From positions 22,630,001-22,694,000 of the forward strand of contig NC_043010.1 of the NCBI RefSeq assembly GCF_006345805.1: a stretch of 64,000 nt of DNA. The letters run 5' to 3'. The position numbers were made by a program, and so were the translations under genes. This stretch comes from Octopus sinensis. Its lineage: Eukaryota. Shown here one piece after another: positions 1 to 13,170 of this stretch (the stretch's first letter is position 1; each line of letters begins with the position of its first letter). Below the pieces are notes generated by a model. It was given only the letters and a program-made list of their open reading frames with translations, did no database searches and was not told where the DNA came from.

Positions 1-287
1 TGGTGGTGGTGGTGGTGGTAATAGTAGTTGTGGTGGTGGTGGTGGTGGTCGTAGTAGTAGCAGTTGTGAGAAATGACGATGGAGGAGGCTGCGGCAACGG
101 TGTTGGTAATAACATGGCTGGCTGGAGTAAAACCAAAAAAGTAATTTAAAAAAATAAATAAATAAATAAATATATAAATAAATAAATAAAAAAAACAGAA
201 AAAATATATTTGCTGAAGAGAAAGAAAAAAGCAAAAAAGAAATCAAAAACAATGAAAGTTTAAACAAACAAACAAACATAAGCAATT

Positions 288-314
288 ATGACATCAGTCA
301 GACATCCATTGGAG
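288..314 (+). CDS. Candidate first coding exon (MTSVRHPLE, phase-0 donor)
   Basis: ATG at 288, nine open codons, then consensus donor GAG|GTAAGT at 315. No homology support. Confidence 0.2.
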
Positions 315-676
315 GTAAGTTCGAATTTGTCTTGTTCCCAATATTTTCATACGCCTTCGAGAGAATATGAGAATGGAAAGAGAAAGTGTGTGTGTGTGTG
401 TATGACTGAATACGTGTGACTAAGTTTGTGCAGTTTGCGTATGTATATATATTTATGTATATGTGTTGCTATGACTATGCATTTCATAATTTATGTCTGT
501 ATGTATCAATTTATTTGTCTCTCTCTCTATATATATATATACATACGAGGAAGCAGTATGACTGAACCCGTATATACATCGATTATATATATACCCGCAC
601 GCACTTATGCGTAATGTTTGTGTAATGTTTAGTGATACAAGCAGAAAGAATAACGCTCAAAACATGAGTATATAAA

Positions 677-709
<33 letters not shown>

Positions 710-1023
710 TTCAATCGGCAAAAGTTGCAGAGTGCCTCAGGTACCGACAGCTTCGTTCATTGGTACTTATTAATCCATACACACACATACATGCGTGCAT
801 ACATACATACATACATACATACATACATACATACATACATACATGCATACATACATACATACATACATACATACACACAACGTAACGCGAATATATATAC
901 TGCAACAGAAGTTCTACACATAGTTTATTGCAATGCGAGACTGAGATATACGTGTCTGTATGTAAAATAGACATCGTAACATCCATACACATACAGTGTG
1001 AACTTGGATTGCAATTTTTTCTT

Positions 1024-1026
<3 letters not shown>

Positions 1027-1115
<89 letters not shown>

Positions 1116-1133
1116 TGTGTGTGTGTGTGTGTG
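1027..1133. repeat. (GT)n microsatellite
   Basis: Near-perfect GT array of about 50 units. Confidence 0.97.
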
Positions 1134-1629
1134 CATGTTTCAATGTGAATGTGTGCACGCGTGTCAACGTATACACGTGTGTATGAAACTACGAGCGTTC
1201 ATATATTTATGACTCCGCAGCATGCGTAGGTATGTATGTTGGTGCGTACCGTATATATATACGTGTGTGTGTGTGTTTATGGAGTGTAGAATATAGACGA
1301 ACAAAAGAAAATATCAATGTTGTATGTGTACATACAAACACACACACATACGTAGATAGCTGTTTACCTTCCATCGAAGGTGTGTGTGTGTGTGTGAATT
1401 TTAGTTATTCTAACCGCAATCTGACGATAGCTTAACTGACAGAAATTTCGAAGTCACTGTCAACAATATTCTCGCTTCATAATAATAAACTTGTACCTTA
1501 CAAAAACATTGACTAATTCATTAGATAAATGAAAAATTGTTTGTACTATAACGGAGCATAAAACACACACACATGGATAGACACACACACATGCATATAT
1601 ATATACACACACATACACACACACAAATG

Positions 1630-1669
<40 letters not shown>

Positions 1670-2163
1670 CCAATGTACTAAGTGCAGTCTTTTCGCTATT
1701 GTGCTGTTTCGCGCAAAGCACACACGCAGAGAATGCTAAACTCCTGCATACCATGCATACCGTCGATCCACACATACTCAACGCGTATCACTCCGATGCA
1801 TGCTGAAGTACGTAGCAGCCATAGACGTAGATAAATGACAGCATTACACCCAGGCACCACTTCGTAGACATATTAATACGTAAAACTAACACGCTCGTAT
1901 ACTTATATACATAACCACAGAGACACACACAAATTCAAACGGACACACACACACAAACACACACAAACACACACACACACACTCACACACACACATGCTC
2001 ACACACACACACCAATACACACACACACGCTTACCTAGACACAATTATTCTTCACAGTTCTACACATATATTTACTATGTTGGGAGTTTGGAAAGTCTTG
2101 AAACATCGGGTTTCTTTTTTGTTTTCTTTTTCTTTTTGTTGCTTTTTTTTTGCTCTTGCTCTT

Positions 2164-2194
2164 CCCAGGTCAGCTTGACCAAAGCTGACCTGGG
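2164..2194. repeat. Short perfect inverted repeat (13-bp arms, 5-nt loop)
   Basis: CCCAGGTCAGCTT-gacca-AAGCTGACCTGGG. The arm resembles a dispersed short repeat (tagccccaggtcag-like) seen elsewhere in the window. Confidence 0.85.
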
Positions 2195-2790
2195 GACAGA
2201 GAAGAAAATCATGATCACCAAGAAAATGTTTATTATTCAACCAGAGACCATGTATGCTGTTACTCAGTTTGCTAAAATTAGCAGCTCGATTTGACTAAAA
2301 ATCATATCCAATCAACTTTAAACAAACGAAAGATTACCTGAAAAGAAAAGCAGACGAGATGGTCACGGTTGGATCACCATTAATCATATGTTTACTCAAC
2401 GGAAACAGAACTGATCTAAGAATAAAATTCAACAATTCTGTTTAACACTTCATTGGTCCCTTATAGTAGCTACCCCTTATTATTTTTATCAAAAGCTTTA
2501 CTGTTTGATTGTGTTGTTGTTTGAACCCAACTCTGTCTTGATCCAGCAGACTTTCAATGACAAGTGCTCCAGCCGGGACAATTTTATCTTTTCTTTTCTT
2601 AGACACCGTGTATCTAACTACATTACTTCATGGTTTTTCAGTTTGTTTGTTTGTTTTAGTCTTTTATGATAGTTTGACGCGAATTGATGAAGATTTGGTC
2701 GCTATTTTTAGTAAATTTAGTGACCACGTAGCGATTTATTTGTCATCTTATGCAGAAGACTCATCATTCGTGCGTTTTCTTTTGTCTTTC

Positions 2791-2850
2791 AACATGGCGT
2801 AGAAACCGGTCTCATGCCCTTCAATGGCGATGTCGCTTGTAGCTGATTGG
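2791..2850 (+). promoter_or_regulatory. Promoter-like motifs: YY1-type AACATGGCG and inverted CCAAT box
   Basis: AACATGGCG at 2791-2799 and GATTGG at 2845-2850 in a CpG-containing, microsatellite-free tract. Motif match only. Confidence 0.2.
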
Positions 2851-3344
2851 ATCACGATCACTTGTAAACACCAGACGGTCAATTTATTGCTTGTAGCACC
2901 TCGTTCTCTCACTTCACCTTATGAATGGCTCCATGTGTTAAATACCAAGATCGGTCGGTCAGTTTTGGGTGAGTGGATTCACATGAAATGTCATAACTGA
3001 CTTGCTAACCGGTGGGTCACTCTGTAGTCCAACGGTTTGATATGCAATCCAATAGGTCACTCTGCAATATAGTGGATCACTCTGCAGTCTGGAGGGTCAC
3101 TTGTTATTTGGTTGCTCACTTGTCACATTTGAGGTTATTTCTAAACAAGGTGAAGGTGGGGAGAGATGTAAGCAATCAGGTGTTATGTAGCTTGAGAGCG
3201 CAGTTGTAGACTTACTAGAGACACATTCTTAAAATCCGAACTAGTTCAATGTGTCACATGAGACTTCACTGAACCCAATATCTGTAACCTCGACTGGATG
3301 GTCAGATCTAATCACATGAATTCATATCAAGCCTTTGGGTAGCA

Positions 3345-3850
3345 TATCCAGCACGTGATGTCACATTTACACATTCGTGTCGCTCTCGTACAGCTTGTAA
3401 CATCCATTGCAAGGTGTCATATTTTGTACATGGTTCTATATCGAATTGTATGGCGTCACATTTGGTGTAATGTGCCATATCCAGTACATGGTGTCACATC
3501 CGTTATATAGCCACAGCTGTAATAAGCTGTGACATTTAGTCTATGGTTTTTAAATCCAATCCATGGTGTTGCAGCAAATACATTCCGTCACATCCATATA
3601 TTGTGTCGCAATCAGTCCAGCGTGTAACATACATTTAATTACAAGCTTTCAGATTCGTAAAGCTTGTCACACGTGCGACATACCTAGTGCGGGGTGCCAC
3701 GTCGAAACACATGATGTCATGTGTAAGGACATTGGGTCACATGTACACACGGTGGAGCTTTAGCGCCTGATGTGACACATCTAAAGCATACCGTAGCAGC
3801 TTTTAAGTCTCATCTAGAACAGAAATCACATATATTCCATAGTGTCACAG
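3345..3850. repeat. Degenerate minisatellite built on ATCCA-N-CATGGTGTCACAT / GTCACA motifs
   Basis: GTCACAT-like cores recur about a dozen times from 3122 to 3848, several at ~38-39 bp spacing (3416, 3455, 3493). Confidence 0.6.
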
Positions 3851-3964
3851 GGCAAAACCAAAAGCTACGCACGCGCACACACTCCCCCTGCTCCTCCCGC
3901 TCCCTCCCTGATCCTCCCTGATCCCCCCTCTCTCTGCGTGCAAAGGCTGACTCACAATAATCTG

Positions 3965-4118
3965 TTTATTCTATTACTAGTTTTAGTTATTGGACTGTGT
4001 CCATGCTGGAGCACCATATTTAAATGCTTTCAATCAATCGTATTCGCTCTGCCGTACTTCTTAATTCAGCTTGGTACATATATTATCTCCATCACTATTT
4101 GTCGAACCGTTAAGTTAC
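3965..4118 (-). mobile_element. SINE family B, degenerate 3' fragment
   Basis: CCATGCTGGAGCACC and CGAACCGTTAAGTTAC match the 3' part of the full copies at 35885 and 44752. Confidence 0.65.
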
Positions 4119-4639
4119 AAGATGTATAGATAGGGCCCTTCTTGCATGGCCACAACAACGGTATTTTGACGGGCATAAATATGAACAAATGTACACAGAC
4201 TTGCACGTATACAAACGTTTGTCTAGAGTGTGAGGAGGGGGGAGGGAGAGAGAGGAAGGAGGGGGAAGAGATATGGAGAGAGAGAGAGAGTGAGGAGAGA
4301 TGCAACTGGCCTTTGTTCGGCTTCAGTCCACTAGATTCCACTCCCAGGTATTATGAATAATAGAAAAAAAAAGCAAATGAGAGCCAATCAGGCGCGAACT
4401 CGTCATAGTAACATTCAATTTTTGTACTGATCAAATAATGCAGCATCATCTCTTACTCATTGGTGATTCAGTATCGATTAATTTTCACTGTGAGTGATAG
4501 TGGCGGTGGTGGTGATGGAGGTTGGTAGGGGAAGCAGATTGATAGTTACGTGTTTGTACATGTATGTTGATATAAATATATATGTATGAGTGAGTATAGG
4601 TATATGTGTATGTATATATAAATGTATTATATATGTATG

Positions 4640-4679
<40 letters not shown>

Positions 4680-4892
4680 TGTGTGTATATACATATAAAT
4701 ATATGTATATATGTTTGTGTAGATATATATGTGTGGGTGAGTGTGTGCAATTATGATCGATTAATATCAATCATCTGATCGTATTTCACGGATCTCCAAA
4801 GGTGTCATCTTCATGAGTTATTATCACGCATTATCAATAGAACATCGATTTTTTTTACCTATGTACTCTCTCTCTCTCCCTCCCTACCCCCT

Positions 4893-4934
<42 letters not shown>

Positions 4935-5487
4935 GTCTATTCCCAACCTCTCGACAGCATCCACACGCACACACAGACCGAATGCAAAATCGTTAGAACG
5001 TCGGAAAAAGATATTGCTTTCCATTTTTTTCTTTTACCTCAAATCTTTATATTCCGAGATCAAATCCTGCTGTAGTCAACTCTGCCTGTCATCGTCCCGA
5101 GATTGACAAAATAAATTGCAGTCAAATACATAGATTAATTCTTTCGACTGTCCTTCTCTTCTAGAAATTGCTGGCATCGTGCCTAATTTAGAAACCGTTA
5201 TTATTAGTCGATAAAAATGGTACCAGTCATATGCTGGGCACTGAAATTAAAATGTGTGTTAGGAACACTGTGTACCTTAAGAGCCGAGAAGCTGAGTTTG
5301 GAGATAGATGAGGGCTAGAAACTGCACAACACTTCTTTCAGTGAAGTGGAAAGGGATAGATTCAGGGTTCTCCTACAAACTTCTTTATTCCCACCTCTGT
5401 AAATAGGGCCAAGGGTACAGACGAGCCACTTCATCTCATAGTTTCTGATCTTGGACCCTTATCAGGAACATTTTTTTATTGTTATCA

Positions 5488-5702
5488 GGGCGGAGAGATG
5501 GCAGAATCGTTAGCACGCCGAGCAAAATGCTTAGCAGCATTTCGTCTGTCTTTACGCTCCGAGTTCAAATGCCGCCGAGGACAACTATGCCTTTTATCCT
5601 TCCGAGGTCGATAAAATAAGTACCAGTCATGAACTAGAAGCGATCTAATCGACTGGCCCCGTTCCCCCAAAATTTCAGGCCTTGTGCTTATCGTAGAAAG
5701 GA
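5488..5702 (+). mobile_element. tRNA-derived SINE family A, full length, (ATT)n tail
   Basis: Head GGCAGAATCGTTAGCACGCCG, B-box-like GAGTTCAAAT, body GTCGATAAAATAAGTACCAGT, followed by a long (ATT/GTT)n tract. Confidence 0.9.
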
Positions 5703-5744
5703 TTATTATTATTATTGTTGTTGTTGTTGCTGTTGTTGTTGTAG

Positions 5745-5851
<107 letters not shown>

Positions 5852-5875
5852 ATAATTATTATTATTATTGGGAAT

Positions 5876-6096
5876 GCGGCGTGCTGGCAGAATCGTTAGC
5901 ACGCCGGGTGAAATGCTTAGAGGTATTTCGCCCGTTACTGTGTTCGGAGTTCAAATTCCGCCGAGGTTGGCTTTATCTTTCATCTTTTCGGGGACGATAT
6001 AATATAAGTACCAGCTGAACACTGGTGTCGATGTAATCGACTAGTCCCCTTCCCACCTCCCAAAAAAACTGCTGCCCTTGTGTCAAAATTTGAAAC
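5876..6096 (+). mobile_element. SINE family A, full length, tandem after the previous copy's tail
   Basis: Same head, GTTCAAATTCC box and body; (ATT)n tail at 6097-6272. Confidence 0.9.
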
Positions 6097-6171
6097 TATT
6101 ATCATCATCATCGTTATTATTATTATTATTATTATTATATTATTATTATTATTATTATATTATTATTATCA

Positions 6172-6232
<61 letters not shown>

Positions 6233-6309
6233 CATTATTATTATTATTATATTATATATATTATTATTATATAGGCAGTGGGTATCGATTTTCTTCACTA
6301 CTTCAGTGA

Positions 6310-6612
6310 GTGACGACCATGTCTGACACGAGTTCCGGGCTCAGCTGGCTCCGGCTGACATTACCCGGTATGGGCCCTTATTCAGGGTTACAGAAAGGGG
6401 ACAAACTTCAAAGAAATCCGGATTGGAGCCCCGTAGGCGGTTAAGTGTTCGATTCGACACTCTTCCGGCAGCTCCTGCAGCCAAGCTTGTGCCAAACATA
6501 ATGCTCTACATTTCTTTGGACTACGTCAGCAAGGTCGAGAGAGGAATCCTGACGATTGGGCTACCCAGGATTTTCTTACACCTAGCCCAGGCCTGCGCAA
6601 AACTGGAGAGAA
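6310..6612 (+). mobile_element. Dispersed repeat resembling an RTE-clade LINE 5' UTR
   Basis: GC-richer island with CTCCTGCAGCCAAGCTTGTGCCAAAC...CTTTGGACTAC...GGTCGAGAGAGGAATC, recalled as typical of RTE 5' UTRs. Not verified by search. Confidence 0.35.
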
Positions 6613-7496
6613 CATGAAATGTGAAAACCAGACTGGATTAGTTTATGCACAACTTCATTGTCTCCCGAGACAAAAGGATGCCAACAACAATTTTTATTAT
6701 TATTGTTGTTGTTGTTGTTGTTGTTATTATTATTATTATTATACATTTGCATGTATTCATATAAATACATTATATATTTGTCGGTATGCATACATTTTTG
6801 TACATGTGGTGTGTATAGGCATGTATAATTATGTATAGGTATGTATAATTCTGCGTACGTGTTTGGCGTATGGCGGGGTTCAGTGTGTGCGGGGTGGAGG
6901 CTAGAGCAAAGTTCGTTCTTTTCGCAAGAATTCGAGCCCAGCCTTCAATCCGTAGATTACACTCACGCTTCTATTTATCAGTCCCAGAGGACCCTGCAAA
7001 GGGTATTGGGTGCTGTTTTCCATCTTCTAAAATACGATGAAGAAAAGAAAGAAGAACGAATGTGTTTGTTTGTGTGAGTGTGTGTGTGTGTGGTGTGTGT
7101 GTGTGTGTGTGTGTGTTTGTGTGTGTGTGCGTCGTATATTGGTTTGGATTTGCCTGTAAAGTGGAATTATGGACATGTTCAAGCTGATATCTTCGGATGT
7201 ATGCACCTTTTCCTTAGATTGTCATTGGTTATGGCGATGCTGGGGCAATTCTTTCTGTGAGGTGGAGTTTTAATCAGTCATACTCACTCTCGTCCATATT
7301 CCAGCGTCGGACTGAGTTTGTCAAGCCGCAATATTACGGAACGTAAAGCGACAATGAAGAGCGCAATGACTTGAAACGAACATCGCAAAGAATTCTATTC
7401 CACGCGGTAACAATTCTGCCATTTTCCCGGCCTCAGTATTTCCTTTCTCACACAAAATCTCACGTTGCAGAACAATGCAAAATGAATGCGATGTTG

Positions 7497-7740
7497 GGAT
7501 CTCCATCGGCCTCGATGATGAGCATTCAGTTATTTTGTCAACCGAAATACTTCCTCCTTGAATTACTCTAGGGCTAACCTTACAGTAATCTTTAAATAGC
7601 CCGCAGTGCAAAAATGTAAATGGATCTTCGCCGGCCTCGACGATGAACATTCGGTTGTTTAGTCAACCAAAATGCATCCTCCTTAAATTAGCCTGTGATT
7701 AACCTTAGAGTAATCTCTAAATAGTTAGCGGGCCATGACA
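7497..7740. repeat. Diverged tandem duplication, ~125-bp period, two units
   Basis: GGATCT..GGCCTCGA.GATGA.CATTC.GTT..TT.GTCAACC.AAAT...CCTCCTT.AATTA...TAACCTTA.AGTAATCT.TAAATAG starts at 7497 and again at 7622. Confidence 0.85.
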
Positions 7741-8392
7741 TCAGGTTTTGCATTATTTGTAAATTCGTGGTTCGGCAAAAGGAACCGATGGAATAAGTGC
7801 GAAACCTAAAAGAAAAAAGTTGTACAGAGGATGATTTGTTCAATTAACCCCTTTAATTCGCTGCTCTAGCATGGCCACAGTTTAATCACTGAATCAAGTA
7901 AAAAACAAATGATGTAATTTTTCCCCGTTGTTGGTCACCAAATTCTAGTTTTGTTTCTTTGTTAGATTCAAGTTTCAAGTCTATAGGAAGGAAAGAATGT
8001 TTGCGTATATGCTTCAGTGTGTGTGTGTGTGTGTATGTGTGTGTGTGTGTGTGTATTTCATATAGCCAGAGAAACACATTAACGCAATGCATAAAATTGT
8101 ACGTAAGCCGAAGCATCCATGGACAAATCTGTACAATCAAAAACACAGAATTTAATGCATAGTATAGTCGTATACCATATTATACTGAAGCCACATGTGG
8201 TATTATAAGCATGAATACAATATGGCTTTATTATCTAACATATAAGACAAACGTATACTAGCGAACGCCTACAGAAAGTGATTCGCTCAAATAACATGTG
8301 TGGGTAATTCATCCTTTTGTCAATTTACATAGAAATAGCTACATTTGCCCGTTCATATATCTGCTATGTAGGTTATATATATTATATTATAC

Positions 8393-8628
8393 CTTGGGCT
8401 GAAATCCATGTCTTCGCTAGGCCTTCGATATTAAATAAAATGTTAATCACATACGGTATGTAAAGTAGAAGTTCCAATTTCCTATATCTACTGAAATTGT
8501 TCAGTTTATCAATAGATTGGTTGCTTGTTTCTCGGGGATTGGTGAAATTGGTGTAGAGACCTCTGGCAGGAATCCAATAAAGTTTCGAAATCGATGAAGC
8601 CTGTTCCTTGTTTTGTTTTTTTTCCAAT
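8393..8628 (-). CDS. Candidate internal exon, unknown product
   Basis: Acceptor ttttgttatttccccacAG at 8629 and donor CAAG|GTATAA at 8392. 236 nt open in one frame (LEKKQNKEQASSISKLYWIPARGLYTNF...GLAKTWISAQG). No recognised homology. Confidence 0.3.
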
Positions 8629-9313
8629 CTGTGGGGAAATAACAAAATTTGCAATATTTATATATCTCCTAGATCGGGTATGAATTTTGAAATATTTTAA
8701 ATGTGTAATTCGTGTGTATTCACCTGATGAAAACGTGATTTGTTTTTCACATGACGTAATATCTCTGTTCATCAATTAAAAATTTGTTGGAAACAGCTGT
8801 AGTGAATGAACCATTATCCATCTGTTATTTTATTTATATATGTATATACGTATACATCTAAGTATGTATGTGTGTGTGTGTGTGTGTGCGCGCACGTGCT
8901 TGTGTGTGTATGTCTTGTGTGTATAAGTAGAAGCACGACTGCTACTAGTGATTTTAGAGCTTCACATGAAGTACTGCGTAACTTTATGCAATACAATGCT
9001 TTCCTGATGGGCTGTTGTGGTTCAACATTCAATTGCGTTGGGAACACCCACCGCAAAGGATATAAATAACCACATACGTAAGGAACAAATTATATGAATT
9101 CGTCTTCATCGTAATTTTTCATCTCTCTCTCTCTCTCTTTCTCTTTCTCTGAAAATATATTTATATGATTAAAATACAGTATTATTTTCTCATATAAGAA
9201 CCTTTATTAATCGGTTTCATATTAGGGATTAATGTAATCCCAGAAATCAAAAAATGCTGGAAAGAATTGTATGTCGTAGGTACTTTGCGACTGAAGGTTT
9301 GAAAGTGTTGACA

Positions 9314-9370
9314 TTTTCTGACGATTGCCAGATTTATCTCAACTACTGGTATGAAACCCATTGGTAAAAC
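9314..9370 (+). ncRNA. Type I hammerhead ribozyme motif (PLE pLTR-associated), canonical core boxes
   Basis: UUU-CUGACGA (9318-24)-U UGCCAG/CUGGUA U-GAAA (9353-56)-CC[CAUU]GG-UA(H17=9366)-AAA. Stem I is only 3 bp; 10.1/11.1 is U.U. Confidence 0.7.
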
Positions 9371-9810
9371 GACTGATATGGAAATATATTATCGTGCTTT
9401 ATTGTACATCCCACTTCTCAGGTCTCTCCATTTCCCTACTTGCGGCTTATTCTATAAAAGCAGACAACAACCTGCTGTCAAGGGCCCCACTAAGACTCTT
9501 TCCACGATATATAACCTCCACATACAAATCTCAAAATCCTCGCTGTCCCCAATAAAGCAGTTTTTTTATGTTCTGTTTTCATGTTAATCCCAATTTCTCC
9601 AAAAAATTTCTTAAGCCTGGTAGGTGATGCACCAATTGCCCCCACCTGGATACGATGTTCTTGTTGTTGTTCTAATACCTACTTTATTAAGCAGTGTATG
9701 TGTCTGTTATTTTACTATACACACACATATTTTATTTGAGGCACAGAGATTTAAGAACGGTTAATGGAATCACAATAATATTTTAAAGATGTTTAGTCAC
9801 TCGCAAAAAT

Positions 9811-10026
9811 ATCCTTTTCTATTCTACGCACAAGGCCCGAAATTTTGGGGGGAGGGGCCAGTCGATTATATCGACCTCACTACGCAACTGGTACTTAATT
9901 TTAGATCCCGAAATAATGGAAGGCAAAGTCGACCTTGTCAGAATTTGAACTCAGAACGTAAAGACAGACGGAATAACGCTAAGCATTTCGCCAGGCGTGC
10001 TAAGGTTTCTGCCAGCTCGCCGCCTT
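9811..10026 (-). mobile_element. SINE family A, full length
   Basis: Reverse complement of the family A head, box and body. Confidence 0.9.
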
Positions 10027-10444
10027 TCACTCGCAAAATTATTGTCAAAAATATAGTAAGAACAACGAAGTGTGAGCAGCAGAAGTGTGAGCTTTGTGTT
10101 GTCCTTTGACCTACGGGAAATAGCAGCCACGATTTCCTTCAAATCACACTCTACCGTCTTCAAGAAATAGAATGACAGAATAGAGTAGCAGTAGACAACC
10201 TGTGTCAAGAGATGAGGTGATGATCAAGTTTGGAATGTCTTTGGTTTCATATATCTGCTGGATCAGAGCTGACCTCACTCTAAACAACACCAGCAGCTAT
10301 AGAGAATTTTTTTGAAATATGAACATATTTCGTACATATAGAGAGAATGTTTACAGTTTTATGCTCGAATTTTCAACCCATCCTCAAAATTCTAGAAGCC
10401 AGTTTATTCAAAGAAAGCATCTTTGCAGACAACTATGAAAGAGA

Positions 10445-10445
10445 C

Positions 10446-10535
<90 letters not shown>
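10445..10535. repeat. (GATA)n microsatellite
   Basis: Perfect tetranucleotide array. Confidence 0.97.
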
Positions 10536-10536
<1 letters not shown>

Positions 10537-11285
10537 CAGTGCGTGTGTGTGTGTGAGAGAGAGAGGGAGAGAGAGAGAGTGAAAAAGAGAGAGAATCGAA
10601 ATAATGGCAATGTATGTGTACGACAATTAACGGAAAGGCAGAAATAAACAAACATGGATAAAACCAGTCCATCAGCCAGCTTTTTATCCAAAGTCATTAT
10701 GGTTTCTTCACTAATGTAAATATTTGAATATGTATGTGTGCTTGTGTGTATATATATATATATATATTGTCGGGGGTTTTACGCAGAAACAAATACGTTT
10801 AGGGAATGTTAACGCTTCTGAGGCATTCTCTTCATCTACGCAGCATGAAATTTATTCTATTGCTCAGCTCTTTGTATTTGACTATTTGCCGACGCTGAAC
10901 TTCAATAATTTTCGATAGCTCCTATTGTATTAATATATTACAATATATTTAGGAAACATTATACAGCGACAAAAACACATCGAGATTTCTCTTGAACTTC
11001 GATGATTCGAGAATAAATTACGCATTCTTACACTAATTGCTTGCATCTCATTTTAATACACACGGTGTGTGTGTGTGTCGGTGCGAATGTTTGTACGAGT
11101 ATGTGTGAGCGTATGTGCATAGGAATGTACCTATATATTGCTATGTGTGTGTGTGTGACTGCGAATTTATAAGCATTTTTGCAGTGGTTTATTAAATAAG
11201 TTTTATGCCTGTGTCTATCAATATATTTTCTTTATTCAGTGATCCGAATCTATACACATATTTTGCATTCATTGATATACGCAAT

Positions 11286-11403
<118 letters not shown>

Positions 11404-11632
11404 TATATACATACATACATATATGCATACATAGTACTCTCGAACATAATGAACGCGTTGAGTCGAGAGCAGATATGTACACATATTTATATATTTATAT
11501 ATTAACACAATTATATTGACATACACACAGACAGACACATAGATACCACACACGCACACGCACACACGCACACACACACAACCATACACACACATACGCA
11601 CTCATATAATGATGTTCATGATAATAGTAATG

Positions 11633-11677
<45 letters not shown>

Positions 11678-11965
11678 TAATAATAATAATAATAATAATA
11701 ATAAACAACAACAACAATAATAACTATAGATATTATGTATGCTAATGTATGAGTGGGACAATGTGTATGTGTGGAGGTGGGCTGTGTATGCAATCGTATA
11801 TGTGTATGTACATGTGTGAGTGCCTGTGTGTGTCTAAGCTGGGCGGGTGTATGCGTGTGCAGGCATATTAATTACTGTGAGAGAGGGAAATGGTTTTGGA
11901 GAAATGCCAATGTTTATTTGGAAATGTCTTCTAATATAGAGGGGCCAGTAGGTGTCTCTGCCAAA

Positions 11966-12015
11966 TGGAGATACATTCTCGGGGAATTCCAGATTTCATT
12001 CCTCATCAGCAGCGC
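11966..12015 (-). ncRNA. Decayed hammerhead-like motif
   Basis: CUGAUGA (12009-12003) with 5-bp stem II GGAAU/AUUCC, but GAGA in place of GAAA and poor stem I. Confidence 0.3.
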
Positions 12016-12281
12016 TTCATTTATTTTTACATCAATTACATGTGTATATGCGTGTATATATATAATGTATGTATGTATGTATGTATGTATGTATGTATGT
12101 ATGTATGTATGTATGTATGTATATATATATATATAATATATACATATGTATATATATATATACATATGGATATATATGTATGTATATGTGCATATATAAT
12201 TAATATACGTACGTATATGCATGTGTATATACATATGTTTATATAACTACGTATATATAAAATTATATATAAACATACATA

Positions 12282-12330
<49 letters not shown>

Positions 12331-13085
12331 TATATATGTTTGTATGCACATACATTATACACTGACAAACCTATATACATGCATGTGTGTGTGTAATAAT
12401 TTTTCAGGTATTAAACGCGGTGAAACTACCTTGATTCTGGCTCCCATAGCTTACTAGAGTTTTTCTTTATCGAATTGTCCTTTCCCATTAATCTTTTGGT
12501 CCCTTTGATTTTTACCAAACACAAACACACACACACGCGCGCGCGCGCGCATCTTTGGAAGGGATATTGGTACAGAAGTCACAAAAGTTTTGTGTGGTTG
12601 AAAGGTCTCAGATTTTTAGGTATGCGTAACGATCAGAGAGTAATAACAGATTCCAACCTCACGTCTTCTCTGAACCTTGAGATTAAGATCTTTATTGGTA
12701 GATCTCTTACTACGTGGATATCGGTCCTTTACTTACATCAGATATTTTCTGGACTCCTTTACCTACGCCAATCCCTGTTTTGATCTGATATCTACATTGG
12801 CTTTTGTGAATCACTGATTTACTTCATATCCTATAAACATGTGAGTACTACTTCTGGTAAATCTAAAATACTTCACACCTTACGTCACATTTCCCCAAGA
12901 ATTCATATCAATGTCACATTCCAATTAGATCCCACACTGCAGAGTGGGATCCAAATATACACATCGTTTTTGAATACTCAGGCTTAGTGTTACACCCTGT
13001 GGAAATCCTATATTCCCTAACTATAGCATATATTGTAATATTTCCCAATCTAAGTCGCATACATCGAAAATCTCACTCGTATGTA

Positions 13086-13170
13086 GGAATTTCAACCATG
13101 TTTCGCGGTCTGCTAACACAACAGCTCCTTTATAGGATCCAGTTAGCTCAAGACATCATCAGGAGGAACC
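13086..13170 (-). ncRNA. Decayed hammerhead-like motif in a probable PLE remnant (12640-13390)
   Basis: CUGAUGA (13162-13156), extended stem II GUCU/AGAC plus GCUAAC/GUUAGC, GAAA, AC[AUG]GU, GUU triplet. Stem I pairs only partly. Confidence 0.35.

Noticed and set aside
3122-3850. C2H2 zinc-finger array suggested by repeated TGTGAC (Cys-Asp)
   Set aside because: No CxxC...HxxxH spacing, no TGEKP-like linker and no 84-bp period.
8724-8760. CTGATGA with a 4-bp hairpin as a hammerhead
   Set aside because: No GAAA follows the hairpin.
10801-10850. Minus-strand UAGAUGA-A-GAG..CUC-A-GAAG-CGUU
   Set aside because: Three core changes and no stem I. May be a very old remnant but is not supportable.
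12928-12951. 24-bp near-palindrome GATCCCACACTGCAGAGTGGGATC
   Set aside because: Too short and isolated to assign a function.
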